Notes: generated from the sequence alone by a model not told the origin. A stretch of DNA of 64,000 bases from Candidatus Latescibacterota bacterium (GCA_965261395.1 OZ253462.1:3552001-3616000), one strand, 5' to 3'. Shown: positions 47,901 to 57,391, counted from the first letter of the stretch. A program made the numbers and translations.

Positions 47901-49472
47901 GTCGATCTCATGGCCATTGTCGTCGATTAGGCGAATCTTCTCGCCCTTGTTGGTCAAGCCGTTGCCGATTTTTCCATCGTCGATATAGACGGGGACGGAA
48001 AATCCCGACGGATTGCCGCCGCCGAAGAGGACGACGTACGAACCGGGTTCAATGACGGTGTTGGCTGGGAACTGGAATGAGTTTTCCGGCGATGTGCTGT
48101 CGCCTAAGCGCCAGCCGCTTATATCGACGGGTACTGAACCGGCGTTGTAGAGTTCGATGAACTCGTCTTCATACCCGTTGCGCTGGCCGTCTTGGTTGGC
48201 GTCGCCGGCTGCACCCGTAGGCGGGTCGGCGAGGACTTCGCTGATGAAGAGAGCATAGGTAGGTATAGGTTCGGGCGGTGTTTCGGATTCGGGTGCTTCT
48301 GGCGTTTCGGGTTCGGGTGTTTCAGGTACTTCCGGCGTTTCGAGTTCGGCATCTGTGGCGCGTCCGGGAGAAAAAGGCTCCCCGGTCGGCGAGGCGGTTT
48401 TGTGTGGTTCAAACGCGTCGCCGTCGGGTGGATTGCGGACGATAGACTGGTCATTGGGCCAAGTGCTGTGCGAGACGACCGAGACTTCCGTGCCGGTGTC
48501 GTCGATCAGGCGAATATCCTCGCCCGTGTTGGTCAGTCCGTTGCCGATGCGCCCGTCGTCAGTATAGACGGGGACGGTGAATCCCGACGGGTTGCCGCCG
48601 CCGAAGAGGACGACGTATGAGCTGGGTTCAATGACGGCGTCGGGCGGGAATTGGAATGAGTTTTCCGGCGACGTGCTGTCGCCTAAGCGCCAGCCGCTTA
48701 TATCGACGGGTACTGAACCGGCGTTGTAGAGTTCGATGAACTCGTCTTCATACCCGTTGCGCTGGCCGTCTTGGTTGGCGTCGCCGGCTGCACCCGTAGG
48801 CGGGTCGGCGAGGACTTCGCTGATGAAGAGAGCATAGGTAGGTATAGGTTCGGGCGGTGTTTCGGATTCGGGTGCTTCTGGCGTTTCGGGTTCGGGTGTT
48901 TCAGGTACTTCCGGCGTTTCGAGTTCGGCATCTGTGGCGCGTCCGGGAGAAAAAGGCTCCCCGGTCGGCGAGGCGGTTTTGTGTGGTTCAAACGCGTCGC
49001 CGTCGGGTGGATTGCGGACGATAGACTGGTCATTGGGCCAAGTGCTGTGCGAGACGACCGAGACTTCCGTGCCGGTGTCGTCGATCAGGCGAATATCCTC
49101 GCCCGTGTTGGTCAGTCCGTTGCTGCCAATTTTTCCGTCATCGGCATAGGCGGGGACGGTGAATCCCGACGGATTGCCGCCGCCGAAGAGGACGACGTAT
49201 GAGCCGGGTTCCATGACGGCGTTGGCTGGGAACTGGAAGAGCTTGTCCGACGGCGAGCGGTCGCCCAACCGCCAGCCGCTTATATCGACGGATGCGGAAC
49301 CGGCGTTGTAGAGTTCGATGAACTCGTCTTCATAGGTATCGCGCTGGCCATCTTGATTGGCGTCGCCGGCGTCACCCGTAGGCGGGTCGGCGAGGACTTC
49401 GCTGATGACGACTGTAGCTTCGGCGAGGGACGCGAACGCAAGCAGGATAACGAGGGGTAGGAGACGGGCCAT
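44913..49472 (-). CDS. Secreted LTD repeat protein, 8 repeats plus CTD
   Basis: Eight E(V/I)LADPP units, PE-rich linkers, same CTD. Confidence 0.88.
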   Translation of the reverse strand: MARLLPLVILLAFASLAEATVVISEVLADPPTGDAGDANQDGQRDTYEDEFIELYNAGSASVDISGWRLGDRSPSDKLFQFPANAVMEPGSYVVLFGGGNPSGFTVPAYADDGKIGSNGLTNTGEDIRLIDDTGTEVSVVSHSTWPNDQSIVRNPPDGDAFEPHKTASPTGEPFSPGRATDAELETPEVPETPEPETPEAPESETPPEPIPTYALFISEVLADPPTGAAGDANQDGQRNGYEDEFIELYNAGSVPVDISGWRLGDSTSPENSFQFPPDAVIEPSSYVVLFGGGNPSGFTVPVYTDDGRIGNGLTNTGEDIRLIDDTGTEVSVVSHSTWPNDQSIVRNPPDGDAFEPHKTASPTGEPFSPGRATDAELETPEVPETPEPETPEAPESETPPEPIPTYALFISEVLADPPTGAAGDANQDGQRNGYEDEFIELYNAGSVPVDISGWRLGDSTSPENSFQFPANTVIEPGSYVVLFGGGNPSGFSVPVYIDDGKIGNGLTNKGEKIRLIDDNGHEIDVVSHSPWPSKQSLVRNPSDGGLFVPHKTASTTKALFSPGHTHIIPKPSYPLFISEILADPPSGLAGDANRDGVRDTYQDEFVELYNAGPVPISLAGWRLGDSTVLKNHFQFPPDAVIEPNSYIVLFGGGTPSGFTVPVYTDDGKIGNGLTGKGEEVRLIDDNGHEIDVVSHSPWPSKQSLVRNPSDGGLFVPHKTASTTKALFSPGHTHIIPKPDYPLFISEILADPPSGLAGDANRDGRRDTYEDEFIELYNAGSVPISLAGWRLGDSTSLKNHFRFPADAVIAPHSYIVLFGGGNPTGFTTPVYTDDGKIGNGLTGKGEEIRLIDNNGHEIDIVSHDDWPSKQSLVRTPADGGAFVPHKTASPIAAPFSPGHASETRPILTYPLFISEVLADPPEGPAGDANRDGQHDPHEDEFIELYNAGPVPISLAGWRLGDAGSLSGYFRFPAKAVIAPRSYVVLFGGGNPLGFTIPVYTDDGTIGDGLTNSGESIHLINDHGYEATSIFHATWPNAQSLVRIPSDGEAFTPHKTASPTEAPFSPGHAPATRPALTYPLFICEVLADPPSGTAGDANRDGQRDGYQDEFIELYNAGPIPVSLAGWRLGDAGSLSDYFRFPPDAVIEPDSYLVLFGGGNPSGFTVPVYADDGTIGDGLTDTGESIHLINDRGDEVSFLSHSTWPDDQSLVRTPPDDGAFVPHKMASQAKAPFSPGYAPEPPTELEKPKTPPRPTYSLFISEVLADPPEGPAGDANQDGHYDPHEDEFVELYNAGVDTISLASWQLGDTGSLLDYFRFPPGAFIAPGSYAILFGGGNPVGFTVPVYTDDGTIGNGLTNTGEAIYLIDKTSRIVARVSHDDWPDDQSIVRTPPDSGAFVPHKTASPIEAPFSPGHAPKTPPESASKIPVIASITSLQVWPNPFNATTHLRFHLHQAASVHVAIYNVQGQHVRTLVDAPLHAGIHRTRWDGRDERGHSAATGPYFARFHIAHGPPHYAKLVLLR
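47095..47883. repeat. Near-identical internal tandem repeat, period 501 bp (boundaries approximate)
   Basis: Off-frame ORFs 47095..47382 and 47596..47883 nearly identical. Confidence 0.8.
48119..49033. repeat. Near-identical internal tandem repeat, period 579 bp (boundaries approximate)
   Basis: Off-frame ORFs 48119..48454 and 48698..49033 translate identically. Confidence 0.85.
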
Positions 49473-49714
49473 GCCCCTGCTTATGCAAAGAGCGGGCCAA
49501 TCTGTCGGCTATGCCGTTATTTATTTAGGAACAGATAGTTATGGGAAGACCGCTGCTCTTTGAAGCCGGCGACGATGGTCCATTGGGGACACAGCGGCGC
49601 AGACTCTGGGTAACGCTTCTCCCGTCATTTCGCTACGATCAGCGGCGAGGCTTGGCCCCACTGGCCGGCGAAGACAAAATTGGTTAGGGCTTTGTGGGTG
49701 CGGGACTGTGTTTC

Positions 49715-50629
49715 TCAGATCCAGCGGTAGGTGCGGGCACCGCGGCTGGAGACGCGGGCAAGCTTCCAGGCTGTCAGCCACTCTTGGCGGTCGTGGACCA
49801 CCAGTTCGGGATGCTCTTGGCTGCGGACGAGGAGGCCGGGGAGGTGGGGCCGGCCATTGGGCTTGCGGGCGTCGTTCCAGCGCAGGTCCATGCTCCAGCG
49901 GATCGCGTCCGAGCCATTGGGCTGGCTGCCGTGGGGGGTGCGGCAGTGGATGGCGATCAGGCCGCCGCGTTGGACGGGGATGGTGACCGGGTCCCAAGGC
50001 GGCAGTTCCTCGGGCGCGACGGTGAAGCTGCCGCCTTGGTCGGCGGGCGGGCGCACGTGCCGGCGCAGCGGCTCTTGGTGGCAGCGGGGATAGATCATTA
50101 GGGTGCCGTTTTCTTCGTCCGCATCGACGAGGGGGATCCAAGTGGTGACGATGAGCGTATCGTCGGCTTCGGGCAGGAGCACGCCGAGGTCTTGGTGCCA
50201 AGCCGTCGAGCGCGCCCATTCGTTTTGTGAGAAGTTGCCGGCGTACTCGTCGCTGGCCGGGACTTTGGCGCGGATGTGCTGGCAGGAGTTGGCGTAGATT
50301 TCCGGGCCGATCAGGGATTCGAGCAGAGCGAGCAGCCGTGGGTTGTGCAAAAAGGCGAAGATATTAGGCCCTAGATTGGCGGGGAAGTTGATGCCGGCCG
50401 TGGCGCTAGCGTCGGCTTTGGCGAGGGGAATCAGGCGTTCTGTAAAAGGCAACTCCGCATAGTCGCGTTCTATTTTGCCGGCGGCCAGCAGGCGTTGGGC
50501 CGCTTGATCGACGATTTCCTCCAGTTCCGCTTGGACCGGGTCCAGGTCTTCGGAGGACAAGGCGTTGGGCACGTGGACGTAGCCTTCGGCGTGGAAGAAT
50601 GCGAGCTGCTCCGGGCTAAGGCCGGTCAT
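49715..50629 (-). CDS. PhyH-family 2OG-Fe(II) dioxygenase (paralog of 15152..16054)
   Basis: QHIRAK, AWHQD, WIPLVDADEENG, TPHGS, RWSMDLR. Confidence 0.9.
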   Translation of the reverse strand: MTGLSPEQLAFFHAEGYVHVPNALSSEDLDPVQAELEEIVDQAAQRLLAAGKIERDYAELPFTERLIPLAKADASATAGINFPANLGPNIFAFLHNPRLLALLESLIGPEIYANSCQHIRAKVPASDEYAGNFSQNEWARSTAWHQDLGVLLPEADDTLIVTTWIPLVDADEENGTLMIYPRCHQEPLRRHVRPPADQGGSFTVAPEELPPWDPVTIPVQRGGLIAIHCRTPHGSQPNGSDAIRWSMDLRWNDARKPNGRPHLPGLLVRSQEHPELVVHDRQEWLTAWKLARVSSRGARTYRWI

Positions 50630-50637
50630 GGCGCGTT

Positions 50638-51564
50638 TTAGAAAGTGCCGATGATCGAGACCCGATGGACTTGGCCTAAATCGGGAGAGGAGGAGTAGGC
50701 ATAATCGACTGCGTAGCGGTCCATGATCAGGCCAGCCCCGGCGCTCAGGCCCAGCGGCTCCTCGTCTTGGCCACCGGTCTGTTGGGTGGTGTAACCGGGT
50801 CGGATATAGAGGCCCGCGGCGAGTTGGATCTCAAGGCCGAAGGCTAGGTAGGAGTCGTTGTCGTTGGGCAAGTTGAAATCGGCCACCAAGAGCACGGGCA
50901 CCGGCATGTGCGCGAGGCGATGGGCCATGCCCAGCCGGATGTGTACCGGTAGCGAGTCCTTGAAGCCCTCGGTGTAGCCCGAGCGCACAAAACCGAGATT
51001 GGCGATGGCTGCGCCGAGGGTCGTGCCCTCGATCGGGACGCGAACGAGAAGGCCGAGATCGGCGAGATAAGCGTCTGAAGAAAACTCGGCGATATTTGAA
51101 TAAACGGCTTTTAGATTGGCGCCGACGGCTAGCCAGTCCGGCCCGAGCTGTTGGGCCACAGACAGATAAGCGGCGAGGTCGGTCGCCGAGAAGGTCCCCA
51201 AATCGCGTCCTTCCGCATCGGTATGCCACAAGTCGCCGTAGGATACGTAGTGGACGCTCAGGGCGTGTACGCGCGACCCCTTGGGGGCGGCGATGGAGGC
51301 GAAGCCGGCTTGGGAATCGACGAAATAGCTGTTGTAGGCGAGCGCGGCCGTACGCTCGCTTAGGCCGAAAAGCCCGGCCGGATTCCAGGCCGATGCCTCG
51401 ATGTTGCCAGACACGGCCGCATAGGCTCCACCGAGCGCAGCAGCTCGGGTGCCGACGCCGATCTTGAGAAAGTTGAAACCCGTGGTGCCGGCGTTGGGGT
51501 TGATCGCCGCAGCGGGCGTCAAGGTCGAAAGGAGGATGCAGGCCGCGAGGGCGCAGTATTTCAT
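50638..51564 (-). CDS. PorV/PorQ-family (UPF0164) outer-membrane beta-barrel
   Basis: FLKIGVGTRAAALGGA, WNPAGL, DLGLL, VDYAY, HRVSIIGTF (terminal Phe). Confidence 0.85.
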   Translation of the reverse strand: MKYCALAACILLSTLTPAAAINPNAGTTGFNFLKIGVGTRAAALGGAYAAVSGNIEASAWNPAGLFGLSERTAALAYNSYFVDSQAGFASIAAPKGSRVHALSVHYVSYGDLWHTDAEGRDLGTFSATDLAAYLSVAQQLGPDWLAVGANLKAVYSNIAEFSSDAYLADLGLLVRVPIEGTTLGAAIANLGFVRSGYTEGFKDSLPVHIRLGMAHRLAHMPVPVLLVADFNLPNDNDSYLAFGLEIQLAAGLYIRPGYTTQQTGGQDEEPLGLSAGAGLIMDRYAVDYAYSSSPDLGQVHRVSIIGTF

Positions 51565-51588
51565 AGTTGATCTCCGGTATGTACTATC

Positions 51589-53034
51589 TCAGGCGGCAGC
51601 TTGTTCGAGGGCGTAGGCTGCGCGCAGCAGGCGGGCTTCTTCGAGGGGCGGGGCCAATAGTTGCACGCCAATGGGCAAGTCGCCGCGGCTTTGAGCAAAG
51701 GGCACGGATATGGCTGGAATCCCGGCGAGATTGACCGAGGCTGTGTAGATGTCGTTGAGGTACATCTGCAAGGGGTCGTCGAGCTGTTCGCCGAGGCGGA
51801 AGGCGGTGGTTGGGGCCACGGGCGAGAGTAGCACGTCGCAGGCGGCAAAAGCGCGGGCAAAGTCTTCGCGGATCAGGGTGCGAACCTGCTGGGCCTTGCG
51901 GTAATACGCGTCGTAGTAGCCGGCGCTCAAGGCGTAGGCCCCGAGCATGATGCGGCGCTTTACCTCGGTGCCAAAGCCCTCACTGCGCGTCTGCAAATAC
52001 AGCTCTTGTAGGTCGGCGTGGCCCTCGGCGCGATAGCCGTATTTGACGCCGTCGTAGCGCGCGAGATTGGCCGATGCCTCGGCCATGGCGATGATGTAAT
52101 AGGTACTGATGCAGTATTCGGGGTGGCCGGCTATAGGAAGCTCGATATCTACGAGCTCGGCCCCCGCATCCGCAAGGGCGTTGGCTGCATCTTGGGCCGC
52201 ACCGGCTACTTCTGCGTCGAGTGCGGCGGGGAAATGCTCGCGCGCCAAACCCACTCGCAGGCCGCGGGCGTCCCCTTTGAGCGCGGCCCGATAGTCCGGC
52301 ACGGGTGCGGCGCTGGAAGTCGAGTCGCAGGGATCGTGCCCGGCGATGGCTTGGAGCAGGGCGGCGGCGTCTTCGACATCTTTGGTCACGGGTCCGATTT
52401 GGTCGAGCGAAGAGGCGTAGGCTATGAGTCCGTAGCGCGATACGCGGCCGTAGGTGGGCTTGAGGCCCACGACGCCGCAGTAGCTGGCGGGTTGGCGCAC
52501 TGAGCCACCGGTGTCTGAGCCAAGGGCGAGGATGGTCTCGTCGGCGGCTACCGCCGCGGCCGAGCCGCCGCTGGAGCCACCCGGCACTCGCTCGGGGTCG
52601 CAGGGGTTTAAGGTGGGGCCGAAATAAGAGTTTTCGCAGGACGAGCCCATGGCGAACTCGTCCATGTTGGTCTTGCCGATGAAGACGGCGTCGGCGGCGC
52701 GCAGCCGCTCGACGGCTGTGGCGTCGTAGGGGGCGATGAAATGTTCGAGGATTTTCGAGCCACAGGTGGTGCGCCCACCGCGCACGCAGAGGACGTCCTT
52801 GAGGGCCAAGGGAATCCCCGCCAAAGGCCCCAACGCCGCGCCTGTCGCGCGCCGCTGGTCGATGTCGTCGGCGTGGGCTAGGGCACCCTCTGGATCTACG
52901 CTGATGAAGGCGTTGATCTGGCCGTCGATTTCGCCGATGCGGTTGAGTGCGGCCTCGACTAGCTGGCGGGCAGTGATTTCCCCTTGTTGCAGTCGATCGC
53001 TGAGTCCGTGGGCCGTGGCTTGGTTGAGCGCCAT
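51589..53034 (-). CDS. gatA: Asp/Glu-tRNA amidotransferase subunit A
   Basis: [40 protein letters not shown]. Confidence 0.97.
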   Translation of the reverse strand: MALNQATAHGLSDRLQQGEITARQLVEAALNRIGEIDGQINAFISVDPEGALAHADDIDQRRATGAALGPLAGIPLALKDVLCVRGGRTTCGSKILEHFIAPYDATAVERLRAADAVFIGKTNMDEFAMGSSCENSYFGPTLNPCDPERVPGGSSGGSAAAVAADETILALGSDTGGSVRQPASYCGVVGLKPTYGRVSRYGLIAYASSLDQIGPVTKDVEDAAALLQAIAGHDPCDSTSSAAPVPDYRAALKGDARGLRVGLAREHFPAALDAEVAGAAQDAANALADAGAELVDIELPIAGHPEYCISTYYIIAMAEASANLARYDGVKYGYRAEGHADLQELYLQTRSEGFGTEVKRRIMLGAYALSAGYYDAYYRKAQQVRTLIREDFARAFAACDVLLSPVAPTTAFRLGEQLDDPLQMYLNDIYTASVNLAGIPAISVPFAQSRGDLPIGVQLLAPPLEEARLLRAAYALEQAAA

Positions 53035-53037
53035 GAG

Positions 53038-53274
53038 TTAGGAGGCGGCTTGGTCCTTATCGTTGGACTGAGGCTCGGTCTGGGCAGGGGGGACCGTAGG
53101 CCGAGTAGGTTGCTTCGGGGCCTCGATTTCGTCCTGCACGTCGCGCATGGCGGTGCGGAACTCGCGGATGCCCTTGCCCAAGCCCTGAGCCATCTCGGGG
53201 ATGCGCTTGGCGCCGAAGATAAGCAGAATGACTACGAAGATGATGAGTATTTCCCAGTGGCCCATACCGAACAT
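53038..53274 (-). CDS. tatA: Twin-arginine translocase TatA/E
   Basis: LLIFGAKRIPEMAQGLGKGIREF. Confidence 0.95.
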   Translation of the reverse strand: MFGMGHWEILIIFVVILLIFGAKRIPEMAQGLGKGIREFRTAMRDVQDEIEAPKQPTRPTVPPAQTEPQSNDKDQAAS

Positions 53275-53298
53275 GGCTCTATCTCCCGAAAGATGTTT

Positions 53299-53580
53299 TC
53301 AATAGCTGTGGCGGAAGTAGTACCAGCCTACGAAGAGTCCCAACATAGTGATTAGGTTGAACTTTAGCGACAGCTCAAACGAAAAGGACAGGATGATAAG
53401 GTTGAACATATGCGGCCCTATGGAATACTCCACGTAGCGCAAGAGGGCGAGTTCGACGATAGTATCGGGGCCGACCACGGCCGTAAGGATAAACCGCAGC
53501 ATTTCGCCGACGAGGTTGGCACCGATCATCGTAGTGAAGAGGATGAGGATGAGGTGACTGACAGGTTTATCGCGCAGCAT
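53299..53580 (-). CDS. Small membrane protein (DUF4321-like)
   Basis: Two hydrophobic segments; NL..L.F.F.L.LKFNL. Confidence 0.6.
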   Translation of the reverse strand: MLRDKPVSHLILILFTTMIGANLVGEMLRFILTAVVGPDTIVELALLRYVEYSIGPHMFNLIILSFSFELSLKFNLITMLGLFVGWYYFRHSY

Positions 53581-53593
53581 TATAACTTATAAC

Positions 53594-54289
53594 TCAGGCG
53601 TGTTGCGTGACGTCGCCGTGCAAAAGACGAAAGACCCAGCGAGAAGGCCCGGAGAAGACGTACACGAGGATCATGGGAAAGAAAAAGCTGCTGTCGTAGA
53701 TGGTCAGCCCGACTGTAGTGACAAAGTAAAGCTGTTTGAAGCGGTCGCTGAGGGAGGTGCCGCGAAAATTGGGAACGCTGTCGTAGTCGAGCCGACTGAC
53801 CATCAGGAAGGACAGCACTAAAATCAGCAGCACGGCCAGCGGCGTGGCATGGGGGATGGGCCAGGCTTTGGCAAAGACCACGTATTGGGTGAGGCAGACC
53901 GCAGCCGTGGGAATGGCCAATCCCATGTAAAATTCGCCGCGCTCACCCTCTAAGTTGAGTGCGTTGAAGCGGGCAAGGCGCAGGGCACCGCACAGCAGGT
54001 ACGCGAAGGCCAACGCCAGCCCCCAGCCCGTTGGCAGATGGGCCTGATAGATGATGGCAGCGGGCACGATGCCAAAAGTGCAGGCATCGACGATGGAGTC
54101 GAACTGGAGCCCAAACAGGGAGTCGCGCCCCATGACCCGGGCGAGTTGGCCGTCCATTTTGTCGAGTACCGCGCCCAAGAAGATGAGCCAAGCGGCTGGC
54201 ACGTAGTTGCCGCTAAAGGCGTAGTGCAGGGCGAGGAATCCACAGAACAGATTACCGATGGTGAACGCAGTGGGTATGAACCGCCTCAT
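53594..54289 (-). CDS. pssA: CDP-diacylglycerol--serine O-phosphatidyltransferase
   Basis: P.AFTIGNLFCGF, D..DG..AR...S.FG..FDS..D, RLARFN. Confidence 0.88.
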   Translation of the reverse strand: MRRFIPTAFTIGNLFCGFLALHYAFSGNYVPAAWLIFLGAVLDKMDGQLARVMGRDSLFGLQFDSIVDACTFGIVPAAIIYQAHLPTGWGLALAFAYLLCGALRLARFNALNLEGERGEFYMGLAIPTAAVCLTQYVVFAKAWPIPHATPLAVLLILVLSFLMVSRLDYDSVPNFRGTSLSDRFKQLYFVTTVGLTIYDSSFFFPMILVYVFSGPSRWVFRLLHGDVTQHA

Positions 54290-54308
54290 TTTTGCATCCT
54301 TCCTGCCG

Positions 54309-55448
54309 CTAACGCCGCGTCCGGTAGGGACGTTCTTCGAGGGTCAGGTCTAGGTTGTGGTATTCGTTGTGGCGCACCACGCCGAGCGCGGCGACTTCGC
54401 CGATGCGCAAGCCGCGCAGCACGCCAATGGCCTCGTTGGCGCTGCGGATATTCTCGTCGTTGATCGCGACGATCACATCGCCGACTTCGAGGCCCGCCAG
54501 TTCGGCCGGACTGGAGCTAGCCACTCTGACGACTAGGGCACCGTCGGTGGAATCGAGCCTTAGGTATTCCGCTAGATTTGGGGTGATGTCTTGGACGGAC
54601 AGGATGCCGGTCCAAGGACGGCGAACTTGGCCGTGCTGGCGAATTTCCTCCAAGAAGCTCGCGGCCGTGTCGATGGGAATGGCGAAGCCAATGCCAATAG
54701 AGCCGCGAGAGTACTCACCACCAGTATAAATAAAGCTGTTGATGCCGATGACCTCGCCATCGGCATTGACCAAGGGGCCGCCGCTGTTGCCGAGATTGAT
54801 GGCCGCATCGGTCTGAATCATGTCTCGATAGTAGTAATCGCCTTGGGGTTCGGAAAAGTCGCGATCTAGGGCGCTGACGACGCCGATGCTGACGGTAGGC
54901 CCCAAATCGAAAGGGTTGCCAATGGCAATGGCCCATTCGCCGACCAGAATATCGCCCGAAGTCCCGAGGGGCGCAACCGGCATGTTACCGTCATCTACCT
55001 TGAGGACGGCGAGGTCGGAATTGAAGTCTGAGGCCACGTAGTGGGCCTCAAAGGTGCGGCCGTCGGGCTCGGGCAGAGAGACCGTGATCTTTTGTAGCCG
55101 GCGCGGGTCGCCGACGACGTGACTATTGGTGAGAATGTAGCCCTCGTCATCGACGACAAATCCCGAGCCGGTTTGGTCTTGGGGCACGTAGTAAAAAGGC
55201 GAGAAAAAGTTCCAAAAAGGGTCGCCGCGATATCTGTCGCGATTCCTGTATAGATGCTGGACGCGCTCGCGGTAGCGCACGTGGAGGCTGACGACCGAGG
55301 GCTGCACCCGCTCCACGGCTCGCACTACAGCCGTGCGGCGCGACTCCCCAATGGACGCGCTGGCATGGTCCAGAGCCAATGCCAGCAGGGCGAGTGAGCA
55401 GATAAAGCGCAAGGTTGTACCTCGGGAAATAGGACTCGTCAATGACAA
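54309..55448 (-). CDS. HtrA/DegS-like serine protease with one PDZ domain
   Basis: GSGF, TNSHV, DLAVL, IQTDAAINLGNSGGPL. Confidence 0.92.
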   Translation of the reverse strand: MSLTSPISRGTTLRFICSLALLALALDHASASIGESRRTAVVRAVERVQPSVVSLHVRYRERVQHLYRNRDRYRGDPFWNFFSPFYYVPQDQTGSGFVVDDEGYILTNSHVVGDPRRLQKITVSLPEPDGRTFEAHYVASDFNSDLAVLKVDDGNMPVAPLGTSGDILVGEWAIAIGNPFDLGPTVSIGVVSALDRDFSEPQGDYYYRDMIQTDAAINLGNSGGPLVNADGEVIGINSFIYTGGEYSRGSIGIGFAIPIDTAASFLEEIRQHGQVRRPWTGILSVQDITPNLAEYLRLDSTDGALVVRVASSSPAELAGLEVGDVIVAINDENIRSANEAIGVLRGLRIGEVAALGVVRHNEYHNLDLTLEERPYRTRR

Positions 55449-55496
55449 GGAATCATATAATAATCATACACATAAGTTGCACGTATTGCACAGCCG

Positions 55497-55802
55497 CTAG
55501 TCCGGCAATTTGCCACCTAGGCTCAGGATCGCATCAAAGCGGTCGTTTTTGGCAGCTTTATTCCTCTTGGTAATGCCGCATTTGATACAGCGGTGGACGA
55601 GGATGTAATCGCCGCGTTTGATGGTAAACCCCACCGGCTCCATCAAGCCGCGACAGCGCTCGGCGCGATCGCCTGGGTTTACATCGACGTGTTGGCTCCA
55701 GAGGCATTCGGGGCAGTGGTTGGTGTAGCCATTGCCCTGCACGGGGAAGCCACAATTCCCGCAGGTAAAATTTTCAATGTGCCGCTGGAATTTTTTGGGC
55801 AT
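55497..55802 (-). CDS. RNHCP domain zinc-ribbon protein
   Basis: F.C..CG, TNHCPECLWSQHVD..PGDR...C.GLM, HRC.KCG. Confidence 0.85.
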   Translation of the reverse strand: MPKKFQRHIENFTCGNCGFPVQGNGYTNHCPECLWSQHVDVNPGDRAERCRGLMEPVGFTIKRGDYILVHRCIKCGITKRNKAAKNDRFDAILSLGGKLPD

Positions 55803-55835
55803 TTAGGCTAGGCCATTTCCGCGCTGAAACCGTAC

Positions 55836-56582
55836 TCACCGCGCAGGGCTATCTGGGTACGCCACCCACAGCAGGCAGAGGCCGCGCGCAGGGGCCGTGG
55901 CTCCGGCCGCGGTGCGGTCGCCGTTGGCGAGCAGGTCGGCGATAGCTGATGGTGGCCGCGTGCCGCGTCCGATTTCGACCATCGTGCCGACGAGGATCCG
56001 CACCATGTGGCGGAGGAAGCGGTTGGCCTCGATTTCAAAGACTAGCTCGGGGCCGCGTTGGGACCAAGCCGCATCGAAGATGTGGCAGGTTAGGTGCTCG
56101 GGGATGGGAGCTTGTTTGCAAAAGGCTCCAAAAGAGCGTTCGCCGCAGAGCGAGCGGGCGGCTGTGGCCATGGGGGCCAAAGATAGCGCCGAATAATAGG
56201 TCCACACCTGAGTGCGGTTGACGGCGGCCTTGCCCTGGTGAATGCGGTAGCGATAGCGCTTGCGGGTCGCGCTGTAGCGGGCGTGGAAGTCTGCGGCGAC
56301 CTCGTCGGCGGCGCGCACGGCAATGTCTGGGGGCAATAGGCCGTTGAGGCTGCGAAGTAACCTATCCGTGGGCAGCGCGCCCTCGGTCTGGAAATGGGCT
56401 ACCTGCCCGAGGGCATGAGTTCCGGCGTCCGTGCGGCCCGCGCCGATGAGGTGGACCGGCTCTTTGAGCAGGATGTGCAGGGCTTGTTCGAGCGCGTCTT
56501 GCACGGTGCGGCCGCTCTTTTGGCTCTGCCAGCCGACGAAGTGGGTGCCGTCGTATTCGACTACCAAGCGCAGCGTCCGCAT
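55836..56582 (-). CDS. truA: tRNA pseudouridine(38-40) synthase
   Basis: EYDGTHFVGWQ, GAGRTDAG, FHARY, FLRHMVR. Confidence 0.95.
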   Translation of the reverse strand: MRTLRLVVEYDGTHFVGWQSQKSGRTVQDALEQALHILLKEPVHLIGAGRTDAGTHALGQVAHFQTEGALPTDRLLRSLNGLLPPDIAVRAADEVAADFHARYSATRKRYRYRIHQGKAAVNRTQVWTYYSALSLAPMATAARSLCGERSFGAFCKQAPIPEHLTCHIFDAAWSQRGPELVFEIEANRFLRHMVRILVGTMVEIGRGTRPPSAIADLLANGDRTAAGATAPARGLCLLWVAYPDSPAR

Positions 56583-56586
56583 CGCC

Positions 56587-57387
56587 CTAACGCAGATAGT
56601 ACACAAGTGCGACCAAACCTAGAGCGGCCAAGGCGGATAGACCGTCGGCGCGGCCAAAGCGAAGTGGGCGATAGTGGGTGCGTTCGGCCCCGCTGGCGTA
56701 GCAGCGGCTCTCCATGGCCAAGGCGAGGCGGTCGGCGCGACCGCAGGCCGCGACGAGGAGGGGCACGAGCAAGGGGACGAGGTTTTTGATGCGGCGCAGC
56801 AAAGGGCCGCTAAAGTCGGCCCCGCGCGCTAGTTGGGCTTTGCGCAGGCGCTCAGCTTCGTCGAGGAGCACGGGAATAAACCGCAGGGCAATGGAGATCA
56901 TTAGCGCCATGTCGCCGGCCGGAAAGCCGAAGCGGCGCAAGGGATTGAAGAGGCGCTCTAAGCCGCTGGTTATCTCCATCGGCGCGGTCGTGAGCGTCAA
57001 GAGCGTGGCGGCGACGATGGCCGCGGCCAGCCGCGCGGTGAAAAAGGCCCCCAAGTGCAGGCCCTCGGCGGTCAGGACGTGATCGGAAAAGGGCAAGGGC
57101 AAAACGGGCCGACCAGGCGTGAGCAGCGCGTGGAGGGCAAAGGTGAACAGAAAGAGCCAAGCAAAGGTTTTGAGTTGGCGCAGGATGAGGCGCGAAGGCA
57201 CCCGTGCCAAGGCGATGGCCACAAGCAGGAAGGCCGCGAGTATCAGCAGGGCGTACGCGTTGGGTGCTGCAAAGGCCGCCAGCGTCAGCGCGAAAACGGC
57301 CCCTAACTTGGTGCGCGGATCGAGGCGGTGGATCGGCGAATCGAGCGCGATGTAGCGGCCGAGCGCGATGTCCTGCAAAAAGGCCAA
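56587..57387 (-). CDS. ecfT: ECF transporter transmembrane component T
   Basis: GRY...DSPIHRLDPRTK, IALRFIP, AQLARG, AMESR. Confidence 0.9.
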   Translation of the reverse strand: MAFLQDIALGRYIALDSPIHRLDPRTKLGAVFALTLAAFAAPNAYALLILAAFLLVAIALARVPSRLILRQLKTFAWLFLFTFALHALLTPGRPVLPLPFSDHVLTAEGLHLGAFFTARLAAAIVAATLLTLTTAPMEITSGLERLFNPLRRFGFPAGDMALMISIALRFIPVLLDEAERLRKAQLARGADFSGPLLRRIKNLVPLLVPLLVAACGRADRLALAMESRCYASGAERTHYRPLRFGRADGLSALAALGLVALVYYLR

Positions 57388-57391
57388 GGGG

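Noticed and set aside
39906-49472. CRISPR-like or non-coding repeat array
   Set aside because: Repeats are about 500-580 bp in-frame protein domains; no short repeat-spacer structure or cas genes
49473-49714. Riboswitch upstream of the LTD genes
   Set aside because: Some pairing (CCGCTG/CAGCGG) but no recognisable riboswitch consensus; could be a gene remnant; needs Infernal
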